This document shows positions 48,050 through 57,651 of a DNA stretch of 64,000 bases, in pieces. Source of the stretch: an uncultured Actinomycetota bacterium (GTDB lineage: Bacteria; Actinomycetota; Thermoleophilia; RBG-16-64-13); NCBI GenBank assembly GCA_963843455.1, contig CAWJKE010000006.1, forward strand, positions 5,510 to 69,509, in the 5' to 3' direction. Under the pieces are notes generated by a model. It saw only the letters and a list, made by a program, of their open reading frames with translations. It was not told where the DNA came from and did no database searches. Positions within the stretch are counted from its first letter, which is position 1; each line of letters starts with the position of its first letter. The position numbers were made by a program, and so were the translations under genes.

Positions 48050-49480
48050 ATGGCAGTTGGCGTAGGGAGGCTCAAACAGCGCTCGACGGAGTTCGCGCTT
48101 GGGGAGATGCTCAAGCTGCTCAGTTCCAACCCCGAGAAGAACCTCGTCCGGATGGCGCGGCTCGCGGAGACGCTCGGCACGAGCGAGTATCAAAGGCATA
48201 ATGCCAGGGTATGGCGGGAGTACTTCGAGACCGCCCTGCAGGAGGACCCGCCGCCGCCGGCCATGCAGCTCGTGCTCCGCGCTATCCACAGCACCTCATC
48301 GCGTTGCCTCTCCCGGACCGTCTCGAATCTGGTGGTGAATTCCCTGTGGCAGGGCGGAGCAAAACGGAGCGCCTGGGAGCGGGCCAACGAGGCGAAAGCC
48401 CCCTTCATCATCCTGATGAGCCCTACCATGCGCTGCAATCTCGATTGCGTCGGATGCTATGCCGGCGAATACGACCAAAAGGACGACCTCCCGATAGAAG
48501 TCATCGAGAGGATCGTATCCGAAGGCCGGCAACTTGGAATCCACGCGTTCACGCTGCTCGGCGGCGAGCCGTTCGTGCGAAGAGACGTGCTCGACCTGCT
48601 CGAGCGTAATTCGGATTGCGATTTTCTGGTGTTCACCAACGGGACACTGATCGACGAGACGGTGGCGGCGCGGCTGGCAAAGGCGGCCAATGTAGCCGTC
48701 TGCTTCAGCATCGACGGGTGCGAGGCCACCAACGACGCGCGGCGGGGCCCGGGGGCGCTACAGCGCACCGAGCGGGGTATGGCGTTGCTGCGTGCGAAGA
48801 AGATACCGTTTGGCTTCTCCACCATGATCACCAGCAAGAACTACGTCGAGGCGACGAGCGACGCGTTCTGTGACTACCTCATAGGGCAGGGCTGCCTCTT
48901 TGGATTCCATTTCCTTTACATGCCGGTGGGGGCCGCTCCCGACCTGGATCTCATGCCCACGCCCGAGCAGCGTGAGTACCTGCGCATCAACGGCGCCGAG
49001 CGCATCCGCAGCGAGAAGGCCCTGTTCGTCATGGATTTCTGGAACGACGCGCCTCACGTCGGCGGCTGTATCGCCGGCGGCCGGGCCTATCTTCACATCA
49101 CGTCCACTGGTGACGTGGAACCCTGCATCTTCACCCACTTCGCCGTGGACAACATCAAGGAAAAGCCCCTGAGCGAGGTGCTGAAGTCGCCGTTCTTCCG
49201 CGCCATCCAGACCAGACAGCCCTTCAGCGACAACCTGCTACGGCCTTGCATGCTCATAGACGAGCCGCACGTGATCAGGGACATCGTGTGCAGCACCGGA
49301 GCCCACCCGACACATCCCGGCGCGGACGACATGATCACGTCGTACGCCGACGCGATCGATGTCTACGCGGCCGAGTTCAAGACCGTCGCCGATGTCGCCT
49401 GGCAGAACATGCGGCCGCACGAGGTGCCCTACGGGACGCCGGCGGAGGACGCCGGCGAATACGTGACCGCGGCGCGATAG
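48050..49480 (+). CDS. radical SAM enzyme with about 190-aa N-terminal extension and Cys-containing C-terminal domain (function unknown)
   Basis: ATG 48050 after GGAGGCGG. CxxxCxxC motif in SPTMRCNLDCVGCYAGEY at about residue 195, GGEPF, and four spaced Cys in the last 120 aa. Transcribed divergently from the GT4/PlsY cluster. Confidence 0.8.
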   Translation: MAVGVGRLKQRSTEFALGEMLKLLSSNPEKNLVRMARLAETLGTSEYQRHNARVWREYFETALQEDPPPPAMQLVLRAIHSTSSRCLSRTVSNLVVNSLWQGGAKRSAWERANEAKAPFIILMSPTMRCNLDCVGCYAGEYDQKDDLPIEVIERIVSEGRQLGIHAFTLLGGEPFVRRDVLDLLERNSDCDFLVFTNGTLIDETVAARLAKAANVAVCFSIDGCEATNDARRGPGALQRTERGMALLRAKKIPFGFSTMITSKNYVEATSDAFCDYLIGQGCLFGFHFLYMPVGAAPDLDLMPTPEQREYLRINGAERIRSEKALFVMDFWNDAPHVGGCIAGGRAYLHITSTGDVEPCIFTHFAVDNIKEKPLSEVLKSPFFRAIQTRQPFSDNLLRPCMLIDEPHVIRDIVCSTGAHPTHPGADDMITSYADAIDVYAAEFKTVADVAWQNMRPHEVPYGTPAEDAGEYVTAAR

Positions 49481-49525
49481 CTGGGCGAACCTCGGCGGGT
49501 CCGACGCCCGCCGAGCGCTTCAGCC

Positions 49526-50812
49526 CTACTTCACTGCGTACAGGTACCCGTCAAGGCTTCCGGCGTAGACTGTTCCACCCGCGACCGTCAGGGCCCCTGA
49601 GACTTCGCCGCCGAGCTTGAACTTCCACGCTTGCTGCCCTGTCTGAGAATCGACGGCATACAGGTTGAAGTCGAGCCCGCCGATGTACACGAGGTTGTCG
49701 GAGACCACCGGTGAACACTCGAGGTCGTTCTCGGTCTGGAACTTCCACTTCTGTTGCCCGGTCCGCGCGTCCACTGCGTAGAGGTAGTTGTCGCGGCTGC
49801 CCACATAGACTGTGCCGTTCGAGACCGCGGGAGACGAGACGATGCCGTCGCCGGTCTTGAAGGTCCATTTCGGTTTGCCGGTCTGCGCATCCACCGCGTA
49901 CAGGAGGGTATCGTAGCTTCCCACGTATACGACCCCGTCAGAGATCGAGGGAGTGGACCAGATGACGGCCCCGGTCGGCAGTTTCCACTTCTCCCCGCCG
50001 GTCTGAGCATCTACGGCGTGAAGAGCCTTGTCTGCGCCGCCAAAGTACACCACGCCCCCCGAGACTGCGGGGGAGGAGTTGACGGCGTGGCCACCGCTCG
50101 CTTTCCACTTCTCCGTGCCGGTCTGCGCGTCCACCGCATAGAGATAGCCATCCCCGCTACCCACATAGACGACCCCGTCCACGATCACCGGTGCCGTGAC
50201 GATCCCGTACAGCGTCTTGAACTTCCACTTCTCGGTGCCGTTCTGTATGTCCAGGGCGTAGAGAAAGGCATCGTCGCTCCCAAAATAGACCGCGCCGTTC
50301 CAGACAGTCGGTGAAGACCAGACGGGTCTTCCGGTCTTGAAGGCCCACTTCTGCTGCCCGTTCTGGATATCGACCGCGTAGAAGTAGTTGTCGGCAGCTC
50401 CGAAGTAGGCCACCCCGCTGTAGACCGCGGGCGAAGACCAGGGCACACCCTTGATGGTGTCTATGTTGGGGAACTTCCAGAGAACGCCGCTCACCTGGGT
50501 CGGGCCGCCGCTCGGATAGATCCCCGTCCGCTCAGCGTTTGCCCTGTAGGTCGCGGCGCCGGCGTCCGGCGGGCTCGTGACGCCCGGGGCCAGCGTCGTC
50601 ACCGTAGTCGACGGCGTCGTCGAGGGGGGCGTCGAGGTCGTCGTGCTCTTCTGAAAGAGGGAGAAGGAGCAGCCGGTCAGGGATATCGTCAGCGAAAGCA
50701 GGACGACTATCGACAGCAAGAGCACGACGACCTTGGTGGACTTCACGGTGGAACGGTACCTCCTCTGCGCGGTCAGGGATATCGGTATAACACCTAGCGC
50801 ACGCTTCAACAA
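49526..50812 (-). CDS. PQQ-like beta-propeller repeat lipoprotein (BamB/YVTN-like)
   Basis: Signal/lipobox LTISLTGCSF, then 8 repeats of G-x-VY-x-GS-x-D-x-LYA-x-D-x-TG-x-KW-x-F; start uncertain (50812 TTG or internal GTG). Confidence 0.75.
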   Translation of the reverse strand: MLKRALGVIPISLTAQRRYRSTVKSTKVVVLLLSIVVLLSLTISLTGCSFSLFQKSTTTSTPPSTTPSTTVTTLAPGVTSPPDAGAATYRANAERTGIYPSGGPTQVSGVLWKFPNIDTIKGVPWSSPAVYSGVAYFGAADNYFYAVDIQNGQQKWAFKTGRPVWSSPTVWNGAVYFGSDDAFLYALDIQNGTEKWKFKTLYGIVTAPVIVDGVVYVGSGDGYLYAVDAQTGTEKWKASGGHAVNSSPAVSGGVVYFGGADKALHAVDAQTGGEKWKLPTGAVIWSTPSISDGVVYVGSYDTLLYAVDAQTGKPKWTFKTGDGIVSSPAVSNGTVYVGSRDNYLYAVDARTGQQKWKFQTENDLECSPVVSDNLVYIGGLDFNLYAVDSQTGQQAWKFKLGGEVSGALTVAGGTVYAGSLDGYLYAVK

Positions 50813-50848
50813 GCCGAGGAGCCGGGCGGACTCAAGTCGCGGGGCCGA

Positions 50849-52054
50849 TCAGGAGGGGGTCGACTCCTCACGGTCGGCCGGCTCGGACCGCTCGTTTTGA
50901 GACTCCGGCGTCGGTGCGCGGTCGGAGCTATTCACCGGCTGACTCCGGGTCGGCCGCAGGGGGATGGGCACTATAGGGCGAGGCGTGTCGGCCGTCTCCA
51001 GTGCTGCCGCAACGGTCGGACTGCCCGAGACTGCCGCCTCTTCGAGTGCAGGTTCTGCCGCTTGCATGGGCTCCGACGCGGGCTCCGGCAGGGGCTCCGC
51101 CCTCACTTCCGGCTCGGGGGCGACCGCCGCGGCGGTCGCCGGCGGCGAAGACGGGGTCGGCTGCGCCTCTCCGGCCGGCTGCGCCGCTCCGGGCGGCTCA
51201 GGCGCGGGCTTCCGCCGGCGCCGGCGAAGGATGAGGACCAGGATGATCACCAGACCGGCGATGATTGCGACTCCGAGGATGACCGTGCCCGCGATGGCGC
51301 CCCAGTTGTAGATGGTGCTCGTGGCCTGCATCTCCTTGCTGCCGGACGTTCCCACGTTCCAGACCAGCGTGTTCCCACGCACCTCATCCGCATTGTTGTC
51401 CTTGAGCGTGCCCGGAAGCGTCACCCGGTTTTCGATTGTGAGGACCGTGCCCAGAACACCCTGCGCAAGCCCGGCTGCCGACTGGCCGCGGGATGTCACC
51501 GAACCGGCGTCCGCAGTCGCGGAGTACCGGGTCTTGCTGGTGAAGAAACCGTTGTCCTGGGTCAGGGAGAACTTGTCCGTAGCGATGATAGTGGAGAGGA
51601 ATCGCCCGGAGAGGATCTGTTGCAGCTCTTCCGGATTTGCGAATGGGCGCGTCACGCTGATCCAACGGGCACCCGATGAATCGGTGCCTCTTTCGACCTT
51701 CCAATCGCTCGGGATCTGACCCAAGACCAGATTGAAAAGGTCATCTACGGTCGTCGGCAGTCCCCCGCCGAGGCCGCCCAGGTCTCCCAGGATGCCCAGA
51801 ATCCCTCCCACCTGGCCCCCCACGCCATCGACCACCCCGGAGAGTGCATCCTGCAGTTCTTTGTCGGCCGCGAGCCGCATGCCCACCGTGCCCGATGTAT
51901 CCGCGTTGACGTTGGTGTCGACTCCGGTCTGGACCGTGCATCCGGAAAAAAACATCAGGCCCGCGAGCAGGACGATGATCAGACCGGCCGACGCTACGAG
52001 CGCGGGTCTGACCCGGCGAGCGTCGCTCAGCAGAGACGGTGCTGGCTTGTTCAC
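50849..52054 (-). CDS. hypothetical membrane-anchored protein (LppM/DUF3153-like?) with Pro/Ala-rich tail
   Basis: N-terminal TM/lipobox FFSGCTV, soluble domain, second TM (ILGVAIIAGLVIILVLILRRRRRK) and PAPEPPGAAQPAGEAQP low-complexity C-terminus. Confidence 0.45.
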   Translation of the reverse strand: MNKPAPSLLSDARRVRPALVASAGLIIVLLAGLMFFSGCTVQTGVDTNVNADTSGTVGMRLAADKELQDALSGVVDGVGGQVGGILGILGDLGGLGGGLPTTVDDLFNLVLGQIPSDWKVERGTDSSGARWISVTRPFANPEELQQILSGRFLSTIIATDKFSLTQDNGFFTSKTRYSATADAGSVTSRGQSAAGLAQGVLGTVLTIENRVTLPGTLKDNNADEVRGNTLVWNVGTSGSKEMQATSTIYNWGAIAGTVILGVAIIAGLVIILVLILRRRRRKPAPEPPGAAQPAGEAQPTPSSPPATAAAVAPEPEVRAEPLPEPASEPMQAAEPALEEAAVSGSPTVAAALETADTPRPIVPIPLRPTRSQPVNSSDRAPTPESQNERSEPADREESTPS

Positions 52055-52159
52055 GAAGACCCCTTCTTGGCAGGCCGCCGAGTGGAGCGTCTGGCATTCC
52101 CGGCGTGTGACGAATCGATACCCCCCGGGGTTCCAGATCCCGGCCGGCGCACGAGGAAG

Positions 52160-52540
52160 CTACTTGTCGACAGGCTCCAAGTAGAAGCGGACGTGACCTA
52201 TCCGGTCACCCTCCAGTTCGTGGATGACCACGCCGGCCATGTCGCCGGGCGAGCCATCCGCCTGGGTGCCCTGCCACAGCCACTCCACCCACGCGCTACG
52301 ATCATCGACCGCCGAACGCACGACCGTTGCCCTGAAGTCGTCCAGCTTGGCCATGATGGGGGCCCAGTTGCGCCAAATCTGGTCCCTTCCCTGAAACATC
52401 CGCGAGGGATGAGCAGGGTATTCGACGACGACGTCCGGGTGGAACAGATCTACGAGGCCTGAAAGGTCGCGGTCGTTGATCGCTTTCTCAAGCCGTCCGA
52501 CCATATCCGTCGCGGCGGATCCCGTCTGCGGTTCAGCCAC
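52160..52540 (-). CDS. NTF2-like / SnoaL-like domain protein
   Basis: 126 aa; LEKAINDRDLSGLVDLFHPDVVVEYP pattern of SnoaL_2 domain. Confidence 0.55.
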   Translation of the reverse strand: MAEPQTGSAATDMVGRLEKAINDRDLSGLVDLFHPDVVVEYPAHPSRMFQGRDQIWRNWAPIMAKLDDFRATVVRSAVDDRSAWVEWLWQGTQADGSPGDMAGVVIHELEGDRIGHVRFYLEPVDK

Positions 52541-52612
52541 AGCGCACCCCTTTCTGCCGTCGTGTCCCTCGTCGCGCGGACCGTCGCCCAGGCGCCCGCG
52601 ATGATCGAACCG

Positions 52613-52864
52613 CTAGACCTGGTCGCCTTTCTCGGGCCCCTTCGCCGCTGTGTCGGCCACGGGCTTCGCGGGCTGGGCGTCGGCCTCGGCATCTTCCTTG
52701 ATGGCCGTCTTGAATCCTTCTTCGCCTTCTTTAAGGCCCTTCTTGAGCCCGACCATCGAGCCACCAAGCGAACGGCCTAGACGCGGTAGCAGTCTGCCGC
52801 CGAAGACGAGCAGGATGATCACGACGATTATGATGATCTCCCAGGGGCCTATCCAACCAGGCAT
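52613..52864 (-). CDS. tatA: twin-arginine translocase subunit TatA/E
   Basis: 83 aa; GPWEIIIIVVIILLVFGGRLLPRLGRSLGGSMVGLKKG is the canonical TatA TM-hinge-amphipathic helix. Confidence 0.85.
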   Translation of the reverse strand: MPGWIGPWEIIIIVVIILLVFGGRLLPRLGRSLGGSMVGLKKGLKEGEEGFKTAIKEDAEADAQPAKPVADTAAKGPEKGDQV

Positions 52865-53120
52865 AGAAATACTCTCCTTGGTGCTGACAAAACCTTAGGG
52901 CTCATTGTCGCACGGTTTCGCCGACGTTACCTGAAAGAGTGGCTCGTGGCGTCTCCCCGGGGCCGAGGTTGACGGCGGGCGCGCCTGGGATTAGCTTTGA
53001 ACGACGGTTTCGCTCTGAGTCGAACAGAGCGAAGCGTGACCATGAGCGCGAGGTGGCACCATCAAGCAGTTCGTTTGTGAGCCCATATCTCCAGTGGGGG
53101 CTTCGTTCGACGTGGCCTGC

Positions 53121-53411
53121 ATGTCGACGGGCGAACCGGGGCTCCCCGCTTGCTTTGCCTGGCGGGGTACGGAGTATGAGGTGGCGCAGGTCCTCCACAA
53201 GTGGAAGACGACGGGGGCTTGCCACCACGGCAGCGGTGAACAATACGTTCGTAGGCACTGGTTCCGGGTGGTGACGACCGACGGGACCCAAATGGATATC
53301 TATTTCGACAGACAGGCGCGATCGCGACAGAAGAAACAGAGGTGGTGGCTCGCCTCCGTCTTCGAGGAGGGAGAGGATCGACCAGTGGTAGAGGATTGCG
53401 ATGAAACTTGA
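53121..53411 (+). CDS. conserved hypothetical small protein
   Basis: about 96 aa (MSTGEPGLPACFAWRGTEYEVAQVLHKW...RRHWFRVVTTDGTQMDIYFDRQ...RWWLASV); stop overlaps GNAT start. Confidence 0.4.
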   Translation: MSTGEPGLPACFAWRGTEYEVAQVLHKWKTTGACHHGSGEQYVRRHWFRVVTTDGTQMDIYFDRQARSRQKKQRWWLASVFEEGEDRPVVEDCDET

Positions 53412-54018
53412 AGTGAGATCCTTGGCGCCGCAGTTGCTCGATGACTATCTCGACTACTTCGACAACACCGCCTTCGCCGACAACGCGGATTGGGCCGGTT
53501 GTTACTGCTACTTCTATCTCGCCGATCACTCCAGCGTGGACTGGGATAGCCGCAGCGCGGCGGAGAACCGCCGCTCGGTGACCGAGCTCATCTCCCGCGG
53601 TGAGATGTACGGCTATCTCGCCTACGTCGACGGCGAGGTCGGCGGCTGGTGCCACGCGGGTCCCAAGACCTACTTTTCGGCCCTCGTCCAGGACGAGGAT
53701 CCGGCCGACCCCGACACGCCGACGACCGGCTCGATAGTCTGCTTCAACGTCGCGCCTGGTCGGCGCCGCTTGGGGATCGCCACAGGTTTGCTCGACGCGG
53801 CCAGCCGGGGACTGGCCGACCTAGGGATGACGATCGTCGAGGCGTACCCTCGCGGGGAGGCTTCCACCGACGCCGGGCACTATCACGGCCCGCTGCAGAT
53901 GTATCTGCGTGCCGGCTTTGTGGTCCACCGGGAGCAGTCCGACTACCTTGTGGTTCGCAAGAACCTGGGAGCTGCAGGCGAAAGGTGGCTGCCCGACGAG
54001 GATTCGAACCTCGGCTAA
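53401..54018 (+). CDS. GNAT family N-acetyltransferase
   Basis: 205 aa; acetyl-CoA motif region VAPGRRRLGIATGLLDAA; last 11 codons are antisense to tRNA-Gln. Confidence 0.65.
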   Translation: MKLEVRSLAPQLLDDYLDYFDNTAFADNADWAGCYCYFYLADHSSVDWDSRSAAENRRSVTELISRGEMYGYLAYVDGEVGGWCHAGPKTYFSALVQDEDPADPDTPTTGSIVCFNVAPGRRRLGIATGLLDAASRGLADLGMTIVEAYPRGEASTDAGHYHGPLQMYLRAGFVVHREQSDYLVVRKNLGAAGERWLPDEDSNLG

Positions 54019-54059
54019 CTGATCCAGAGTCAGTCGTGCTACCGTTACACCATCGGGCA
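53986..54059 (-). tRNA. tRNA-Gln (anticodon CUG), CCA encoded
   Basis: Manually folded: acceptor TGCCCGA/TCGGGCA, D-arm GTGT-AACGGTA-GCAC, anticodon arm ACTGA-CTCTGGA-TCAGT (U33, CTG at 34-36, G37), variable loop TAGC, T-arm CGAGG-TTCGAAT-CCTCG, discriminator G, CCA; 74 nt. Confidence 0.9.
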
Positions 54060-54145
54060 AAGAGGCGGTTTGCGCGCTAGCGTGGCGCAGCCCAAAGAGT
54101 TTATCATCGTAGCCGCGTCGCGCCAGCAGCCCGTCAGCCCATCTC

Positions 54146-55930
54146 CTAGCTCCGGCCCTGCTTCTTCTCGATCCTCGCCCAGGCGTCCTTGAGCGTCACG
54201 GTCCGATTGAAGACAGGCGCGCCCTGGCGAGAATCCTCCGCATCCGCGCAGAAGTACCCGAGCCGCTCGAACTGGTACCGAGCTCCCGGAAGCGCCCCGG
54301 CGAGCGATGGCTCGAGCTTGCATCCCCTGAGGACTTCCAGGGAAGCCGGGTTGAGCGTCTGGGTGAAGTCTTGGCCCTCGGGCACGTCGTCCGGGTTCTC
54401 CACGGCGAAGAGGGTGTCGTACAATCGGACCTCGGCGTCGACGGCGTGAGCCGCGGACACCCAGTGAATGGTGCTCTTGACTTTGCGGCCATCGGGGGTG
54501 TCGCCGCCGCGGGTGGCCGGATCGTAGGTCGCCCGCACCTCGACCACCTCGCCTGTCTCGGGGTCCTTGACCACGCCGGTACAGGTGATGAGGTACGCGG
54601 AGCGCAGCCGAACCTCCACTCCAGGACTCAGCCGGTGATACTTGGGGGGCGGGACCTCGCGGAAGTCGTCCTGTTCGATGTAGAGCACCCGGGAGAACGG
54701 GACAGCACGGGTGCCCATCGTCGCGTCCTCAGGGTTGTTGATCGTTTCCATCTGCTCAACCTGTTCCTCCGGGTAGTTCTCGATCACCACCCGCAGCGGC
54801 CGCAAGACGGCCATGGCGCGCGGCGCCCGGTGGTTGAGGTCGTCGCGGACGAAGTGCTCCAACAGCCCCAGTTCCACCATGTTCTCCCGCTTCGCGACGC
54901 CGATGCGGTCGCAGAAAGCGCGGATGGCCTCGGCCGGGTAGCCGCGGCGGCGCATGCCGGAGATGGTCGGCATGCGTGGGTCGTCCCAGCCTCGCACCAG
55001 TCCCTCCTGCACCAATCGCAACAACTTGCGCTTGCTCATGATGGTGAAGGTCACGTTGAGGCGGGCGAACTCCCGCTGCCGCGGATGCACCCGGGGCAAG
55101 TCCAGGGCCTCCAGGATCCACTCGTACAGGGGCCGGTGCACTTCGAACTCGAGCGTGCAGATGCTGTGCGTGATGCCCTCTATATAGTCGCTGAGGCCGT
55201 GCGCGAAGTCGTACATGGGGTAGATGCACCAGGCGTCGCCCGTGTGATGGTGCGAAGCGTGGCGGATGCGGTAGAGCACGGGGTCGCGGAGCCAGAGGTT
55301 GGGGGCGCCCATGTCGATCTTGGCGCGCAGCGTGCGGGCCCCGTCGGGGAACTCACCTGCGCGCATTCGCTCGAACAAGTCGAGGTTCTCCTCGATGGAG
55401 CGGTAGCGGTGGTGGCTCTCCTCGCCCGCCCGGTCGGGGGCGCCGCGCATCTGGTCCACCTCCTCGGCCGTGTGGTCACAGACGAAGGCCGTGCCATTGC
55501 GGATCAACTGGAGCGCGTACTGGTAGAGCGGCTCGAAGTAGTCGGAGGCGTAGAAAGGCTCGAGCGCTGTCCCCGGTAGATCGCCGACCGGCTTGAGGCC
55601 CAGACAGTGGTCGGCCCAGCCGGCGATGAGCCACTTGACGTCGGCGGTGATGGAGTCGACGTACTCCACGTCTTCTTTGGTCGGGTTGGTATCGTCCATG
55701 CGCAGGTTGCAGCGGCCGCTGAACTGCCGGGCGATACCGAAGTTCAAGCAGATCGACTTGGCGTGGCCCACGTGGAGGTAGCCGTTGGGCTCGGGCGGAA
55801 ACCGGGTGACTACTTCGCTGATGCGGCCCGAGGCCAGGTCCTGCTGGACGATCTCGCGGAGGAAGTCCTGGCGCTCCGCGGACGGCTGTTCCCCGTCGGT
55901 GCTGTTCTCGCTTGCGTTCGCGTGCGGCAT
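54146..55930 (-). CDS. glnS: glutaminyl-tRNA synthetase (GlnRS)
   Basis: HIGH-type motif in [20 protein letters not shown] and the MSK region of FTIMSKRKL; class I Gln/GluRS fold signatures; ATG 55930 (track ORF extends further upstream). Confidence 0.9.
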   Translation of the reverse strand: MPHANASENSTDGEQPSAERQDFLREIVQQDLASGRISEVVTRFPPEPNGYLHVGHAKSICLNFGIARQFSGRCNLRMDDTNPTKEDVEYVDSITADVKWLIAGWADHCLGLKPVGDLPGTALEPFYASDYFEPLYQYALQLIRNGTAFVCDHTAEEVDQMRGAPDRAGEESHHRYRSIEENLDLFERMRAGEFPDGARTLRAKIDMGAPNLWLRDPVLYRIRHASHHHTGDAWCIYPMYDFAHGLSDYIEGITHSICTLEFEVHRPLYEWILEALDLPRVHPRQREFARLNVTFTIMSKRKLLRLVQEGLVRGWDDPRMPTISGMRRRGYPAEAIRAFCDRIGVAKRENMVELGLLEHFVRDDLNHRAPRAMAVLRPLRVVIENYPEEQVEQMETINNPEDATMGTRAVPFSRVLYIEQDDFREVPPPKYHRLSPGVEVRLRSAYLITCTGVVKDPETGEVVEVRATYDPATRGGDTPDGRKVKSTIHWVSAAHAVDAEVRLYDTLFAVENPDDVPEGQDFTQTLNPASLEVLRGCKLEPSLAGALPGARYQFERLGYFCADAEDSRQGAPVFNRTVTLKDAWARIEKKQGRS

Positions 55931-56109
55931 GGTCCCTCTGCTCTGTCTGCGATGATGGCTCGGCGCAACTTTCCGCGGACGGTCGGCTCCAGCCGGGTCC
56001 CTCCGCGCCTTGGTCAGGATACCGTTTTTGTGACTGGGCGCGGTGGTAGAGTGACAGACAGAGGCCGGCGCGGAGGACCGTCGGGACGCCTGAACAGGAG
56101 GATCACCGG

Positions 56110-56346
56110 GTGATTGCTTTGTCATTGAAGGATAGTGGGGCGTTTGTCGGGGAGATAGACGACGCCGATCTGCAATTGCTGATGGACCAGCTCGAGGAAG
56201 AGAGCGAAGAGGACGCCGACTACTACATCACGCCGGCAACGATAGACCTGTTGGAGCAGAACGGGGGCAGCGCCCAACTCATAGCTGTCCTCAAACAGGC
56301 GCTGGGCGACTCGGAGGGCGTGGACGTCGTCTGGGCGGAATCCTGA
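56110..56346 (+). CDS. hypothetical small acidic protein
   Basis: 78-aa ORF, GTG start, highly acidic ([23 protein letters not shown]); coding status uncertain. Confidence 0.3.
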   Translation: MIALSLKDSGAFVGEIDDADLQLLMDQLEEESEEDADYYITPATIDLLEQNGGSAQLIAVLKQALGDSEGVDVVWAES

Positions 56347-56379
56347 TCGGGACGACCGCCTGTCGGAGGGAGGGACTCA

Positions 56380-56994
56380 ATGGACCCCGAGGCACATTGG
56401 CGGAAGGTGTGGACCACCAAGGTGGCCGACGAGGTCAGTTGGTTCGAGCCCGAACCGTCGACCTGAGCGGATCTCATCGACGCAGTTGCGCCGGCGAGGG
56501 AGAGCACGATCGTCGACATCGGGGGAGGGGCCTCGCGCCTTGTCGACCGGTTGTTGGACGCGGGCTACGGCGATGTGATGGTGGTCGACGTGTCCGAGGC
56601 CGCCTTGGACGTTGCCCGGACGCGCCTAGGGTCTCGCGGAGATGCGGTGACCTGGATGGTCGCCGACGCGCGGTACGTCAGATTGCCCCGACCGGTGGAC
56701 GTGTGGCACGACCGGGCGGTGTTCCACTTCCTCACCGATGAGGCCGACCGGCAGGCCTACCTGGAGTCGGTCCGGACGGGTCTACGGGTGGGTGGGCACC
56801 TGGTGATAGCGACGTTCGGTCTGGGTGGACCCGAGAGTTGTAGTGGGCTCTCGGTCGAGCGATATGACGCCGAGAAGCTAGGCAGGTGCCTCGGTGCGGA
56901 GTTCGAGCTTGTACGGAGCTTCCAGAGACAGCACGTGACCCCGGCCGGGTCCGTCCAGGAGTTCGTCTACGCCGCATTCCGGCGTCTTCGATAG
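56380..56994 (+). pseudogene. class I SAM-dependent methyltransferase interrupted by in-frame TGA at 56464-56466
   Basis: MDPEAHWRKVWTTKVADEVSWFEPEPST-TGA-ADLIDAVAPARESTIVDIGGGASRLVDRLLDAGYGDVMVVDVSE... (motif I DIGGGAS); the same frame is open from ATG 56380 to stop 56994 except for one TGA. Confidence 0.6.
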
Positions 56995-57009
56995 CTGGCC
57001 AATAGCGAG

Positions 57010-57040
57010 GCGCCGCTTCGCACTTGGCGAAGCGGCGCCT
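57010..57040. terminator. perfect 11-bp hairpin GCGCCGCTTCG-CACTTGG-CGAAGCGGCGC between convergent genes
   Basis: Seen directly 16 nt after methyltransferase stop and 33 nt after minus-strand gene stop (57073); no U tract. Confidence 0.45.
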
Positions 57041-57072
57041 CGGAGTTGCCACCCAGGGAGAGTACGGGATCC

Positions 57073-57508
57073 TAGTTGACCCCCCAGCCGCCCATCATGC
57101 CGCCGCCGTAGGACGAGCCGCTTCCGCCCATCATGCCTCGGCCGTTGCCGGGGACGCGTCCGTTGGCCGGGCCGCTTGCGGCCGTCTGCCCGGTCGCCGT
57201 TGAACTGGTTACACCGGTTGACCATGTCTTTGAGATCGAAGTTCGGGTTGACGCTCTTCATGCGGACGATCATCTGATCGGCGAACTTCTCGGCGTCTGC
57301 ACCGGTCAGACCCATGCGATCCTTGAGCATCTCGAGAATGTCTGCGCGCAGTTGCGGGTCGGTCGCCGTCTGTGCGATCGGGGCCGGGGCGGGAGCCGCG
57401 GTCGCGCCGCCAACCGCCAAGAGCCGTCGTGGCGTACGTGACTGCGCCCAGGGCTACGACTCCGACCGCTATCAGACCGATGACCTTTGTCTTCGTGGTC
57501 TTGAACAC
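57073..57508 (-). pseudogene. Spy/CpxP/ZraP-like periplasmic protein (signal peptide, LTxxQ-like motif, Gly/Met-rich C-terminus) with two frameshifts
   Basis: GTG start after GAGGAGG. Three consecutive frames read MFKTTKTKVIGLIAVGVVALGAVTYATTAL | AVGGATAAPAPAPIAQTATDPQLRADILEMLKDRMGLTGADAEKFADQMIVRMKS...NQFNG | ATGQTAASGPANGRVPGNGRGMMGGSGSSYGGGMMGGWGVN*. Confidence 0.5.
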
Positions 57509-57651
57509 TCAGTCCTCCTCGTTGATGTGTGCCGGGTGCTTCAGTCCGGCAAGAATGAGGTAAGTATCGCCGGACCGTGTTGAGCTGGGGTGAAGGGAAA
57601 GTAAAGGTCGTGTGAAGCCGGCACCGCGGAGCTGCCGGGACGCGAGGCAGG

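Noticed and set aside
53986-54059. Integrative element or prophage at the tRNA-Gln gene
   Set aside because: No integrase, excisionase, phage structural genes or direct repeat of the tRNA 3' end were found within the window on either side.
54371-55579. 402-aa plus-strand ORF
   Set aside because: Antisense to glnS, whose product matches GlnRS over its whole length.
56464-56466. Selenocysteine or genome-wide UGA recoding in the methyltransferase
   Set aside because: No SECIS-like stem-loop follows the TGA. Many genes in the window use TGA as their terminator (for example the channel gene at 2974, gamma subunit at 43998, cysM), so a nonsense mutation or base-call error is more likely.
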